From positions 32,001 to 96,000 of the IMG/VR virus record IMGVR_UViG_3300020577_007133: a DNA stretch of 64,000 bases. One strand, given 5' to 3'. Below, one piece after another: positions 39,547-49,281 of this stretch (positions are counted from its first letter, which is position 1; every line of letters starts with the position of its first letter). Under the pieces are notes generated by a model, which ran no database searches, was not told the origin of the DNA, and saw nothing but the letters and a program-made list of their open reading frames with translations. The position numbers were made by a program, and so were the translations under genes. This DNA comes from a virus. Taxonomy: Duplodnaviria; Caudoviricetes.

Positions 39547-40338
39547 TTATTTATTAAACTCATTTAATATCGTGGTTTTTAACCTTTCTCTAAAATCAAG
39601 ATATTCCATACTCTTTATGTAGTTGGATTCAATAAATTCTAATTTTGAGTTATAAGTTTCAGGTGTTATTGTATCTATTAATGGTAAAATATCATCATAA
39701 TTTTCAATAATAAACATTCCTCGTTTATCAAAAAAATCACCTATATTAGGTGCACCAAAATAAATAGGTATCGTTTTAGTTTGGAAACAATCAATTAATT
39801 TCTCACTAAAATAATTGTTATGTCTAATGTTTTCAATTGATATGTGATATTGGGAATAGAATATTTCATTTTTTTTAAAGGGGTCTTTGATTTCTTTAAA
39901 TTCATACAAGTTTGGGTTAGGTGAATTTCTACTATTAAAAATATCAACAGGGATTTTAGAATCTTTCAGTATTTGGGGGAGTTTATGTCTTATCTGATGA
40001 CCAATTAATGAATATTTATTACCAATTAATGTAGTTATTTTATATTCTTTATCATTAAAAGAATAATCCAAAATCCAAGATGTACCAAAAGGAAATAAAC
40101 GACTATTACTACATTTAGATAAAATCTCGGTATCCCAAGTTAATATTAGATTAAAATTTTTATGATTTTTTATTACCGATTCTTTTATATGGGAAATTTC
40201 GTTAGGTTCTATAACCCATAAAATTTTAAAACTGTCCGTCAATGATGGATTAGGTTTATCAACGTATAATTCACAAGGAATCGGGGTTTTTAAATTTAAA
40301 CCTAAATCGAACGTGCTATTTACTAATAAATCATACAT
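39547..40338 (-). CDS. Glycosyltransferase family 10 (alpha-1,3/4-fucosyltransferase-like)
   Basis: YHISIEN...NYFSEKLIDCF..KTIPIYFGA is the GT10 signature. Confidence 0.82.
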   Translation of the reverse strand: MYDLLVNSTFDLGLNLKTPIPCELYVDKPNPSLTDSFKILWVIEPNEISHIKESVIKNHKNFNLILTWDTEILSKCSNSRLFPFGTSWILDYSFNDKEYKITTLIGNKYSLIGHQIRHKLPQILKDSKIPVDIFNSRNSPNPNLYEFKEIKDPFKKNEIFYSQYHISIENIRHNNYFSEKLIDCFQTKTIPIYFGAPNIGDFFDKRGMFIIENYDDILPLIDTITPETYNSKLEFIESNYIKSMEYLDFRERLKTTILNEFNK

Positions 40339-40350
40339 TTATTTATATGT

Positions 40351-41088
40351 TTATAAATTTATAATTTTTTCAATAAGTTTTAATTTAACCATATTATTTA
40401 TTTTATGAAGTTCAATTAAATCGTTACCGGTAATTTTTTTATTTTTAAATTTGTCATAATTAATTGTTTCTATACCATTTTGACATTCCACTTGTAATCC
40501 ACAAAAAATCATTTCCAAAAATTTTGCTTTATTTTGATAAGTAATATCATTTTTCTCTCCTTTACCTTCAGTTGTTATATACCCTTTTGAATATGTTGAT
40601 ATAATCTCATAAACGTCTTTAAGAGTATTTCCCCGAACATACTCACACGTTTCCGGGATATTTCTACCATATAATTTATGACCGAAGTAACATTGTCTAT
40701 TATTTCGTTCTTCTTTATAATCAGGAAAATGAGTGTCTAGTAAGTAATAGTCACTTATGTAGGTGGAAATTGGGAATCTATCCTGATATTTCTTATCAAA
40801 TAAAATAATCATATCAATTAAATTCTCGTTAATTAAAGTATCAACAAACGGAAATCTTGATTCATCATAAAATAACGATACAATTTTTATTCCTTGTTTT
40901 TTTGCTAAAATTACTTCATTTTTTCTGACCCCAATTTCTTCCGGCATATCTATGAAGAGCCAATATTTAGTATTATCAAGTGTTTGTCCCTTATCCTCAT
41001 AAAAATATTCAGGTTTTATTGAGTGGAGACCATAATAACCGTGAATTTTATTAAATTCAAAGCTCCCGTCAAATGTGCATTTAATCAT
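40351..41088 (-). CDS. Possible divergent GT-B glycosyltransferase
   Basis: KAKFLEMIFCG resembles the K.R.FE..ACG motif of CgeB/YkvP-like GTs; cluster context. Confidence 0.4.
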   Translation of the reverse strand: MIKCTFDGSFEFNKIHGYYGLHSIKPEYFYEDKGQTLDNTKYWLFIDMPEEIGVRKNEVILAKKQGIKIVSLFYDESRFPFVDTLINENLIDMIILFDKKYQDRFPISTYISDYYLLDTHFPDYKEERNNRQCYFGHKLYGRNIPETCEYVRGNTLKDVYEIISTYSKGYITTEGKGEKNDITYQNKAKFLEMIFCGLQVECQNGIETINYDKFKNKKITGNDLIELHKINNMVKLKLIEKIINL

Positions 41089-41104
41089 AATAATTTTGAT
41101 TATT

Positions 41105-41875
41105 TTATATTTTTATCCATTCATTAGGTATTATATCGGTGGTTGGATGTTTTATCAAATCTCCAAACCATAATGACGGAGCAATTACTTTTTTATTTTG
41201 GTTATTATTTAACCAAGCTCCCCACCAACTGAAAGTAGAGTTTGATATTATATTATGATTACACAATGACATCATATATAAATCATTAATGTTACTCTCA
41301 CCTTTAATATAATGGATGTTATCAAAAATTAAATGTTTTTCACACCATTCTATATCATCAGAAAATATTATAACATTCACATTTTTATCGTTAATTATAT
41401 CATATGAATCTTCATAATACTTAACGCTTTGTATTGGGTGATAATTAGATAATCTTACGTAATCACCTCTTCTAACGTGAATTGAAATAGTGTTTTCAGT
41501 TAAAAATGGGTATTTTTTATTTAAATAACTTTTAACATCCTCAGGTATTTCTAATTCACTTCTGATTATATTTTCGTTTTCTTTAAAATATTTTTCAGAT
41601 TGCCAATACCCGTCCAAATATGTATTATCACCTATGTTTTTAAAAGTAAAATCATCGGTAATTCTATTTAAAATGGGGTTGTATGATTGGTGGTTAACAC
41701 TAAGTTTTTTAAATTTATCAAGTTCTAAACCTCTACTACTAACATCGGGGAAACTTTTACCTATTTGATTTAAATCAAAATAATATTCGGTATTATGAGT
41801 GATAGATAAATTTCTAGTGACCGCCCATTGAAATAATTGATTCCCTAAACCTCCTTGTATTTTTGTTACTATCAT
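41105..41875 (-). CDS. Glycosyltransferase family 11 (alpha-1,2-fucosyl/colitosyltransferase)
   Basis: QGGLGNQLFQ, GYWQSEKYF, IHVRRGDY, FSDD and NSTFSWWGAWL motifs. Confidence 0.9.
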   Translation of the reverse strand: MIVTKIQGGLGNQLFQWAVTRNLSITHNTEYYFDLNQIGKSFPDVSSRGLELDKFKKLSVNHQSYNPILNRITDDFTFKNIGDNTYLDGYWQSEKYFKENENIIRSELEIPEDVKSYLNKKYPFLTENTISIHVRRGDYVRLSNYHPIQSVKYYEDSYDIINDKNVNVIIFSDDIEWCEKHLIFDNIHYIKGESNINDLYMMSLCNHNIISNSTFSWWGAWLNNNQNKKVIAPSLWFGDLIKHPTTDIIPNEWIKI

Positions 41876-42499
41876 TTATTTTATTAACCAATCATAATTA
41901 ACAACTTTATTTTCAATATCAGAATGTCCAACAAGTTGAGTAGTTATTTTAGTTGATGTACAGTAAGTGTTATACTTTTTTTGTAAATAAGTCATTGCCA
42001 CATCAACTTCAAGGTCCATAGGTGTAATAATTTTAATAAGTTCTTCAAAAACATAATTCTTCATTACTAAACAATGAGTTGTAAATGTATGATTTAACTT
42101 AATACAATACTCATTTATATTTTCGGTTTTATGACCCATATGGTAATTATGGTTACCACCAAAATATAAAATCTCCCAATCATTAGGTGTGTGATTTAAA
42201 AAAGTTTTTAAATCTTCATTAAAATTATCTAAAAAAACACAATCATCCTCAATTAAACAAACAACACCATCGTTATTTTCTATCCACTTATCATAAATTT
42301 TTAAATAAGTTTTTGCTAATCCTAAAGCTCCATTAGTTATTCTTGTTATTTTAGGTAGTTCGTGACCGTTAATAGCCTCTATTATTTCGTAAGTGTTACA
42401 CTCAGTTTTTTTTAATTCTGAGATAATATGATTTCTTCTATCTTCACGATGTTTGAGGTTAATCACATATATATTATTGGTTAAGTAATTTAACGTCAT
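41876..42499 (-). CDS. Glycosyltransferase family 25
   Basis: YVINLKHREDRR, EAING, LIEDD and LYFGG motifs. Confidence 0.82.
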   Translation of the reverse strand: MTLNYLTNNIYVINLKHREDRRNHIISELKKTECNTYEIIEAINGHELPKITRITNGALGLAKTYLKIYDKWIENNDGVVCLIEDDCVFLDNFNEDLKTFLNHTPNDWEILYFGGNHNYHMGHKTENINEYCIKLNHTFTTHCLVMKNYVFEELIKIITPMDLEVDVAMTYLQKKYNTYCTSTKITTQLVGHSDIENKVVNYDWLIK

Positions 42500-43890
42500 A
42501 TCAAAACATTATTAAAATTTTTATTCATTATTTTATTATACAACTCTTGTTGGTTATTATTTGCTTCGGTTGAAACCGTACCATCACTTTCGTGATGAAA
42601 ATACATAAACAAAGGTTTTGGGATTCTTTTACCGGAATAACCATTTATTCCCATTCTAATCCATAAATCATAATCTTCCCAACCTTTTAATGACACATCA
42701 TATCCTCCACATATTTCAAAAGCTTTTTTATGAAACATAGAACAATTCACAATAAAAGGTCCTTGTTTTAATCTTTCCAATGACCATTCAGGTCTTTGCT
42801 CAATACCTTGTAATTGACCTATGTGATGTGTGTCACAATATACCGGGCTAATATCTTTATTGTTTTTTAATATATTAACACAAGATTGTATATAATCCGG
42901 GTGTATAGTATCATCAGCATCCAAGGGTAATATAAAATCACCAGAGGAAAGTGATACACCATTATTTCTTGCAGAAGACGGACCTTGATTTTCTTGGTGA
43001 ATAATTTTTATATTAGGATGATTTTTAATACTTTCCAATTTCAGTTTCACGTAGATATCTGAAGAACCGTCATCGACGATTATAATTTCAAAATTTTTAT
43101 AGGTGGAATTAAAAACGGATTGTAATGTTTTTTCAAACTGAATCCCGTAGTTGTAAATCGGTATAATAACAGATACAAGAGGTTGTTTATGATTAATTTT
43201 AATCGTAGGGTATTGAGATTCTAATTTAATTGGTAAATTATCTTTATACGTATCAACAAATTGTATTCTATTTTTTTCCCATTCATCATTAGTCATTCCT
43301 ATTGATAAGTGGGTAAGGGGTACGTTAGAAATGGTCCCGACTTTAACTCCTTGAATAAAATTACTCATACAAAATGAGGTGTCATAAAAGTGAAAACCTT
43401 TAAACGATTCATCAAAATTTGTTTTAAGATTACTTTTTTTAACCGAAAATAAAACACCATCAACAATAACCGAATCAATAATTCTAGACCCAAAAGGTCT
43501 ATTGTATTCTGATAACCATTTTCTACCATTGTGTTGGTGATATACCTGTCCAACCATTTCACCTTGTATATCCCACCATCTTCCGGATTCTGGATAGTAA
43601 GTTGTTCCGGCAACCCCTAAAATACCATATTCAGGTTTTTTAGTGAAATGTTCTAAAATTCTTTTACCCCAATATTTTTGTTCAAAAATGATATCATTAT
43701 GACAAAAAATAACAATATCATATTTAGAATCATTTAATCCTTTATTATAAACCTCAGTTAAACTAAACTGATTGTAATTGAGATACTCTAATAACTGAAC
43801 ATCTTTTAGACCTACAGTATCTAAAAGATGTTGTTTAAATTTATTATTATATTGTTCGTCTTTATGAGTTGAATAAACTATTGAAATCAT
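42496..43890 (-). CDS. Two-domain GT-A glycosyltransferase (GT2-like)
   Basis: N-domain FCHNDI..GFHFYD; C-domain VSVIIPIYN, VDDGS, ARNNG, LDADD and WEDYD. Confidence 0.85.
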   Translation of the reverse strand: MISIVYSTHKDEQYNNKFKQHLLDTVGLKDVQLLEYLNYNQFSLTEVYNKGLNDSKYDIVIFCHNDIIFEQKYWGKRILEHFTKKPEYGILGVAGTTYYPESGRWWDIQGEMVGQVYHQHNGRKWLSEYNRPFGSRIIDSVIVDGVLFSVKKSNLKTNFDESFKGFHFYDTSFCMSNFIQGVKVGTISNVPLTHLSIGMTNDEWEKNRIQFVDTYKDNLPIKLESQYPTIKINHKQPLVSVIIPIYNYGIQFEKTLQSVFNSTYKNFEIIIVDDGSSDIYVKLKLESIKNHPNIKIIHQENQGPSSARNNGVSLSSGDFILPLDADDTIHPDYIQSCVNILKNNKDISPVYCDTHHIGQLQGIEQRPEWSLERLKQGPFIVNCSMFHKKAFEICGGYDVSLKGWEDYDLWIRMGINGYSGKRIPKPLFMYFHHESDGTVSTEANNNQQELYNKIMNKNFNNVLI

Positions 43891-44492
43891 ACTAAACCTG
43901 TTGAACCAAATCCGTTGGCACCTCGTTCTTTTTTATTTATTTCACTAACCTCAGTTAAATCGACCCAACCACCATTTACTACAGGACAAACAACCGCTTG
44001 TCCAAATTTCATACCTTTCGGTATTGTAACTTCAGTAGGGTTAGTATTAAATATTATACCTTTAACTTCACCGGTATAACCATTATCTACGGTTCCCGGG
44101 GAATTTAATACCATAAGACCTTGGTTAATTGCTAATCCACTTTTTGTTCTAACTTGAATCTCAAATCCGTCTTTAATATCGAAACATAATCCACTTGGAA
44201 CTAATGCTCTACCAAAAGGTGGTATTACAACATCTTCCGTTGAATGTAAATCAAATCCGGAATCACTATCGTAATTATATTTTGGGGTAATAGCGTCAGG
44301 GTGTAGTTTTTGAAATGGTAATGGTAATTTAGCTCCACCTTCAATCATTTGTTTTTCAAGTTCTTCTAAATCATAATCCATTTCTTTCATTATGTCATTA
44401 TAATTAATCTCACCTGTTTCTGATGAGAAAGTTTCTTGAAGTCCCATTAGTTTTTTTCTAAGTTCTTCTAATTGTTCAAAATTATTCTCCAT
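43887..44492 (-). CDS. dut: dUTPase (trimeric) with N-terminal extension
   Basis: SGFDL, KSGLA, PGTVDNGYTGE and RGANGFGSTG motifs. Confidence 0.92.
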   Translation of the reverse strand: MENNFEQLEELRKKLMGLQETFSSETGEINYNDIMKEMDYDLEELEKQMIEGGAKLPLPFQKLHPDAITPKYNYDSDSGFDLHSTEDVVIPPFGRALVPSGLCFDIKDGFEIQVRTKSGLAINQGLMVLNSPGTVDNGYTGEVKGIIFNTNPTEVTIPKGMKFGQAVVCPVVNGGWVDLTEVSEINKKERGANGFGSTGLV

Positions 44493-45193
44493 TATTCTAA
44501 ATTCATTAATTTTTTGATTACGTCAATTAAAACTAAAACATCTCTCTCACAATACGCTGAAATTTCAACTAACATACCTTTATTCCAATAACAATCGTGA
44601 ACTTTATCTCCGGTAACATCACCTTCTTTTGGTGATGGAACTTCTAAACTTGTACACATAAGGTCTAAGGAACCAATAGCGGTATAAGCCCCATATTGCC
44701 AAACTTCTTTGGTGTCAATAGCTTTTACTTCCCAAGGTTTTGTGTCGTAAGATGGTAAAATTGATGGTGGCATAAGATTATTAATAATCATTCTTTTTGC
44801 CATCATTGGTATATCAAAGTTTTTAAGGTTATGACCACACAAATAGAAATCTAATTTACCACAACGATTAAGTAATGATTGAGCTTCTTTTAATACTTGT
44901 TTTTCATCATCACCCGAGAATGTTTGTTTTTTGATTGTTCCGTTGTCCATAACGAAAGCAACACTAATACAAACAATCTTCGCAAACTCCGGAACCAAAG
45001 CGGTTCTTGTTGCAAATACTTCATTTTTAGTTCTGTCTTTATCCTCCGGAAATCGTTTTAAAAACCAATCATAATATTTATCAAATTGTTTTGCAATCTC
45101 CGGTCTTTTTTCAAGACAAGTATCATAATCTTTTTCAATTCCAACTGTTTCTATATCAAGAAACAAAATTTTTGTAAGCGGTACTCTAATCAT
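44492..45193 (-). CDS. DEDDy 3'-5' exonuclease (PolB exonuclease-like)
   Basis: FLDIET, HNLKNFDIP and YCERD motifs. Confidence 0.85.
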   Translation of the reverse strand: MIRVPLTKILFLDIETVGIEKDYDTCLEKRPEIAKQFDKYYDWFLKRFPEDKDRTKNEVFATRTALVPEFAKIVCISVAFVMDNGTIKKQTFSGDDEKQVLKEAQSLLNRCGKLDFYLCGHNLKNFDIPMMAKRMIINNLMPPSILPSYDTKPWEVKAIDTKEVWQYGAYTAIGSLDLMCTSLEVPSPKEGDVTGDKVHDCYWNKGMLVEISAYCERDVLVLIDVIKKLMNLE

Positions 45194-45203
45194 TTTTTTA
45201 TTT

Positions 45204-46421
45204 TTATTTAATTAAACTTTTGTACCAAATCGCTCTATCATCGGTTACTTTATTAAGGTCGTATTTATCTTTTACTGTGTTGTATAATCTCTCACCAAGT
45301 TCTTTAATCATCTCAGGGTTCTGAACTAATTTTTTAATGGCTTTTGACCAATCACTATGGTTTCTACTTTCCGGGATTAAGATTGCATTACCTTCTTCGT
45401 TAAACTCTCCATTTTTCAAACAGTGTACTAAATCAATTGTATATGGACCAACTTCTGATGCAATTAAAGCTTTCTTATAAAACCCTGCCTCAATTACTTT
45501 AAGTTGTGATTTCATACGATTAAAGATATGATTTTTAATTGGTGCTAAAGATATATCAAATTTTGAATAATTCATAGCATATGTGTTGACAGGTTTTGTC
45601 CATACTCTGACATATGGTAAATCATTTCCTGATTGATATTCACCTTCTTTAAATTCTAATAAGAATTTTTTATAATCATCTTCGATAGTTCTGTAGTTTG
45701 TTGTGAATATCTCCTCATAACGAGCCCAAACAGTTTCTTCCGGTTTAATATCTCTTTGTTTTTGTTCATTGGTTTGTGGGTTAATTTCCGTTACAGTTCC
45801 TCTTGTATCAAAACCACAAATTACATATTGAATTTTATCGTTAATGTCGTTGTTTTTTTGAACGAATCCGTCTAATAACATTAAATCGTGTAAGTGAGAT
45901 GAGCCACCTAACCAACCAACTCTAATTTTATCTGATGGTGGTGTAGGTTGATTAAATTGTAGTTCTTTTGGATTAATAGCGTTTGGAAAAACAATAACAT
46001 TTTTATTTAATTTTTTAATTTCGTCCGCAAAAATTTGTGTCGTTGTGGTAACATAACTAGCCACCCTTAAATTATTTTTAATTTTTTCATCAATTTTATT
46101 TTGTACTATAATATTATGGATTGGGTGTTCTTTGGTTGGTAACCAATAATCATCTAAATCGATTATAACAATAATACCAATTGATTTTAACCACTCAATA
46201 ATTTGAGTTGACATATCGTAATCTTGACCAATAGTTCTATGAGCGTGAACTATCTGATACTTCTTCCAATATTCAATATTATTTATTTGAGGTTCATAAT
46301 CAATATCTACGTGAAAATCATCCGGATATAGATTTTGTAACATAACGTGAGGGTCAACAGAGCGAAATTTCGAGACTCCTGTAGTATCTGAGGGCAGAAC
46401 TAATACATTAATTTTTTTCAT
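45204..46421 (-). CDS. Glycosyltransferase (GT-B)
   Basis: DLDDYW, GWLGGSSHLHDL, DISLAP and FNRMKSQLKVIEAG motifs. Confidence 0.8.
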   Translation of the reverse strand: MKKINVLVLPSDTTGVSKFRSVDPHVMLQNLYPDDFHVDIDYEPQINNIEYWKKYQIVHAHRTIGQDYDMSTQIIEWLKSIGIIVIIDLDDYWLPTKEHPIHNIIVQNKIDEKIKNNLRVASYVTTTTQIFADEIKKLNKNVIVFPNAINPKELQFNQPTPPSDKIRVGWLGGSSHLHDLMLLDGFVQKNNDINDKIQYVICGFDTRGTVTEINPQTNEQKQRDIKPEETVWARYEEIFTTNYRTIEDDYKKFLLEFKEGEYQSGNDLPYVRVWTKPVNTYAMNYSKFDISLAPIKNHIFNRMKSQLKVIEAGFYKKALIASEVGPYTIDLVHCLKNGEFNEEGNAILIPESRNHSDWSKAIKKLVQNPEMIKELGERLYNTVKDKYDLNKVTDDRAIWYKSLIK

Positions 46422-47166
46422 ATTTTTCTAATATAGTTTTAAGATTATTAGGTTTGTCTAAATCACACTCCCAAATAATTTCTAAATTATAACCATATTT
46501 TTTAATATTATCAACTCTTAAATTATCCTCATCCCAAATTTCTTTAGCTGTCTTTTTCTTATGAGGATGAAAATAATCTTCATCGTATTTATTAGGGTTA
46601 CAATGCCAATAATCACCATTAAATTCAATTATTAAGTTTAATGATTCAATATAAATATCACAAACATATCTACCAACCGAATATGAACCAGTTGGTTTAT
46701 ACTTTAATTTTTTAACTTGTGTTAATAATTTTTTTTCTTTATTAGATACCGAATTTTGTCTTGGGGGGTTTTCAGATATTTTTTTTGAAATTAACTCAAC
46801 TGTTTCTTTGGTATGTGTTTTACCATAAAAAGGATTCATTTTACCTACTTGTAACTTTAACGAACAGGGTTTACATAATGAAGTCCCATTTATTTTTCTA
46901 AAGTGATTTCTACAAGCAATAGCTTTATCTTTTGAGGTTGTTTTGATGTTTTTATTACAACTTGGACATTTACGAGTTACATAATATTTACCACTTTCTT
47001 TTTTAATATCTAATGTAGAACATCTATCCCTTTTTCTAACGAGATTATGTTTGTTTAATACTTTAAGAATTGTAGGTTTTGATAAACCAACTATTTTAAC
47101 AATTTCTAAACTACTTTTTCCCTTCTTATATTCTGAAATAATTTTTTTTTCAGTTTTAATATCCAT
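46408..47166 (-). CDS. Free-standing homing-type endonuclease: HTH, Zn finger, NUMOD3 and Vsr/DUF559-like nuclease domain
   Basis: CPSC..CKPC; NPFYGKTHTKET (NUMOD3); DIYIESLNLIIEFNGDYWH..D..R..IWE; late motif at 47189-47195. Confidence 0.75.
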   Translation of the reverse strand: MDIKTEKKIISEYKKGKSSLEIVKIVGLSKPTILKVLNKHNLVRKRDRCSTLDIKKESGKYYVTRKCPSCNKNIKTTSKDKAIACRNHFRKINGTSLCKPCSLKLQVGKMNPFYGKTHTKETVELISKKISENPPRQNSVSNKEKKLLTQVKKLKYKPTGSYSVGRYVCDIYIESLNLIIEFNGDYWHCNPNKYDEDYFHPHKKKTAKEIWDEDNLRVDNIKKYGYNLEIIWECDLDKPNNLKTILEKYEKN

Positions 47167-47230
47167 AACGTAATCCTTTTTTATGATAATAAATATCAGA
47201 GGTTTAATCAAAAGGAAACTTTTTTACATT

Positions 47231-47260
47231 AAAAAACCCCAATCGATTAAGATTGAGGTT
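47231..47260 (-). terminator. Intrinsic terminator
   Basis: Minus strand AACCTCAATC-TTAATC-GATTGGGGTT-TTTT. Confidence 0.7.
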
Positions 47261-47280
47261 GTTTTGTTGAGTAAATAAAG

Positions 47281-47895
47281 TTAAGAGATTTTTTTTATCT
47301 TAGTAACCTTACCTTCAAATATATGTTTTCCAACTTTAAAAGAAAAGACTTCATTTGATTTTTGTGTTGATTCTGTTAGAATTCCATTTTCTTGTAGAAC
47401 TTCCTCAACAACTTCTTTAAGTAAAGATTTTAATTGATTAACATTTGGTAATACTTGTTCTTGTAATGGTTGTCTATTTTGTGTTGGTTGATTGTTTTTA
47501 GGTTTTGTTCCCATCAATCTCGATGCCTTTTCAACTAAGTCATCAGACAAAACTGTATTACCACCCATTGAGCTCGGTTGTTCTATTGGATGTTCAATCA
47601 TTAATCGTTTAATTGCATCCGGTAATTTTGATGCCATAACTCTATCAGATGTTAGAGGTTGTGGTATATTAATTTGACTTGGAACTGATGATAAATAAGG
47701 TTGTGTTACATCTGATTCTTGTAATAATTCTTGTGGAATATTATATCTACTTGATACAGGTTCAAATGATTCTACTTCAGGAATATTATATGTTGCAGCT
47801 GCGGTCATATCTCCTGACCTTGGCATATGATTATGTTTTTCCATTATTTGTTTGGAAATCATTAATTTTTTAATTAAATCGTCTTCACTATTCAT
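47281..47895 (-). CDS. Hypothetical protein
   Basis: 204 aa ORF, last gene of a minus-strand operon. Confidence 0.7.
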   Translation of the reverse strand: MNSEDDLIKKLMISKQIMEKHNHMPRSGDMTAAATYNIPEVESFEPVSSRYNIPQELLQESDVTQPYLSSVPSQINIPQPLTSDRVMASKLPDAIKRLMIEHPIEQPSSMGGNTVLSDDLVEKASRLMGTKPKNNQPTQNRQPLQEQVLPNVNQLKSLLKEVVEEVLQENGILTESTQKSNEVFSFKVGKHIFEGKVTKIKKIS

Positions 47896-47897
47896 AA

Positions 47898-48512
47898 TTA
47901 TCTATTTTGTGTTTGTCTGATGATGTCCGCAATTTGAGGTCTTAATGAGTTTTTCTCTTCATCAGATAATTTTTTATTGGTTTTAGATTCAATACCCGCA
48001 TAAATTCTTCTATACGCTTCTGCGGCTTTTGATAAATCAACACCTTCTAACCCACCTTGTCTTTGGATATCATTTAACATTTGATTTACCACTGATGTTA
48101 TAATATTTGTATATGGTGATGATTGTTGATTATCAAACACTGCGTTAATTATAACTCTAGTCATACTTTTATCACCATTAAAATTATATCCCGGTTTCGG
48201 AGTTGTAAATTTTTCACCTGAAGGTTTAAAAGATTGTATTTTATCTACTCTAAATAACCTCCAACCAGGTAAGGGTTGTTCTCCTTTATATGCGGTGTGT
48301 GAAGCACCTTCGTCGTCCCAAGCTCTTAAAACAGGGTTTCCTGCTTTAGAGTATCCGAAACAAACAGGTTCAATACTTCTTAAACCTCGTCCTCCGGGTT
48401 CATCACCATCATAATAAATGATAACCTTATCTTTGTTTTTAATAGCATTAACAATCGAATCGATTGATGCTATTTCTAAAATAAGGGATTTTATGGTGTT
48501 GTAAAGTTTCAT
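47898..48512 (-). CDS. Stand-alone WYL-domain protein
   Basis: AIKNKDKVIIYY...RSIEPVCFG...LRAW...WRLFRVDKI matches the WYL pattern; no wHTH domain. Confidence 0.75.
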   Translation of the reverse strand: MKLYNTIKSLILEIASIDSIVNAIKNKDKVIIYYDGDEPGGRGLRSIEPVCFGYSKAGNPVLRAWDDEGASHTAYKGEQPLPGWRLFRVDKIQSFKPSGEKFTTPKPGYNFNGDKSMTRVIINAVFDNQQSSPYTNIITSVVNQMLNDIQRQGGLEGVDLSKAAEAYRRIYAGIESKTNKKLSDEEKNSLRPQIADIIRQTQNR

Positions 48513-48808
48513 TATGCACTTGGAGTTGTGTAAGGTGCGTTTGGTTTATATTCATTAATAACTATTTCAGAATTTCTTTCTTGAATATCTTGAATAGCTC
48601 CTGCTTGTTGATTATAAACATCTAAAAATCCTCCGGTACCTTTACCTTGAGCATCTCCGGTTGCCAATGCGTCAGGATTTACGGTCGAATATTCGTTTGA
48701 ATTTTTTTTATAATCGTTTTTTGGGAACAACATAGCTCTTTGCATATCGGCAATTGCTGATAAATCGTTTGATGGTTGTTCAAAATTTAATGGTTCATTT
48801 ACTGCCAT
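48512..48808 (-). CDS. Hypothetical protein
   Basis: 98 aa ORF, translationally coupled. Confidence 0.65.
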   Translation of the reverse strand: MAVNEPLNFEQPSNDLSAIADMQRAMLFPKNDYKKNSNEYSTVNPDALATGDAQGKGTGGFLDVYNQQAGAIQDIQERNSEIVINEYKPNAPYTTPSA

Positions 48809-48810
48809 AA

Positions 48811-49281
48811 TTATAATATTTTTTTCATTAATTCGTTTATTCTTTTCAGATTTTCGGTAATTGCCGTATCATATTTATTAATTGTTGAGTTATGATTTTG
48901 ACTTGGTCTATTCATACTAACAATACCGTCTTTTTCGTGTGGTTTAATATGTTGGTTTGGTAGTACTTCGGATTTGGCGTTTTTAGCCGATTCCAATGAA
49001 TCTCTATCACCTTTTAAAGTATTTTCAACCCAATTTCTTACATAATGACCACCATTTAAAATATGAGGAATTTCGTCTTGATGACCATTGAAATTATCAA
49101 ACCAATTTTTCATACGTTTTAATTGTTGATAAGTTATTTCACCTTTCTCACGTAAATCTTTATTTCGTTTGAAACCTTCGGTTGTCTCATCAACTTCTCC
49201 AACTGCTTTGAAACATTTGTCTAAATATTCAAGAACATCTTGAGGAACCGGATATGTTTTACCATATAATTCACTATTCAT
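48811..49281 (-). CDS. Hypothetical protein
   Basis: 156 aa ORF ending ITENLKRINELMKKIL. Confidence 0.65.
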   Translation of the reverse strand: MNSELYGKTYPVPQDVLEYLDKCFKAVGEVDETTEGFKRNKDLREKGEITYQQLKRMKNWFDNFNGHQDEIPHILNGGHYVRNWVENTLKGDRDSLESAKNAKSEVLPNQHIKPHEKDGIVSMNRPSQNHNSTINKYDTAITENLKRINELMKKIL

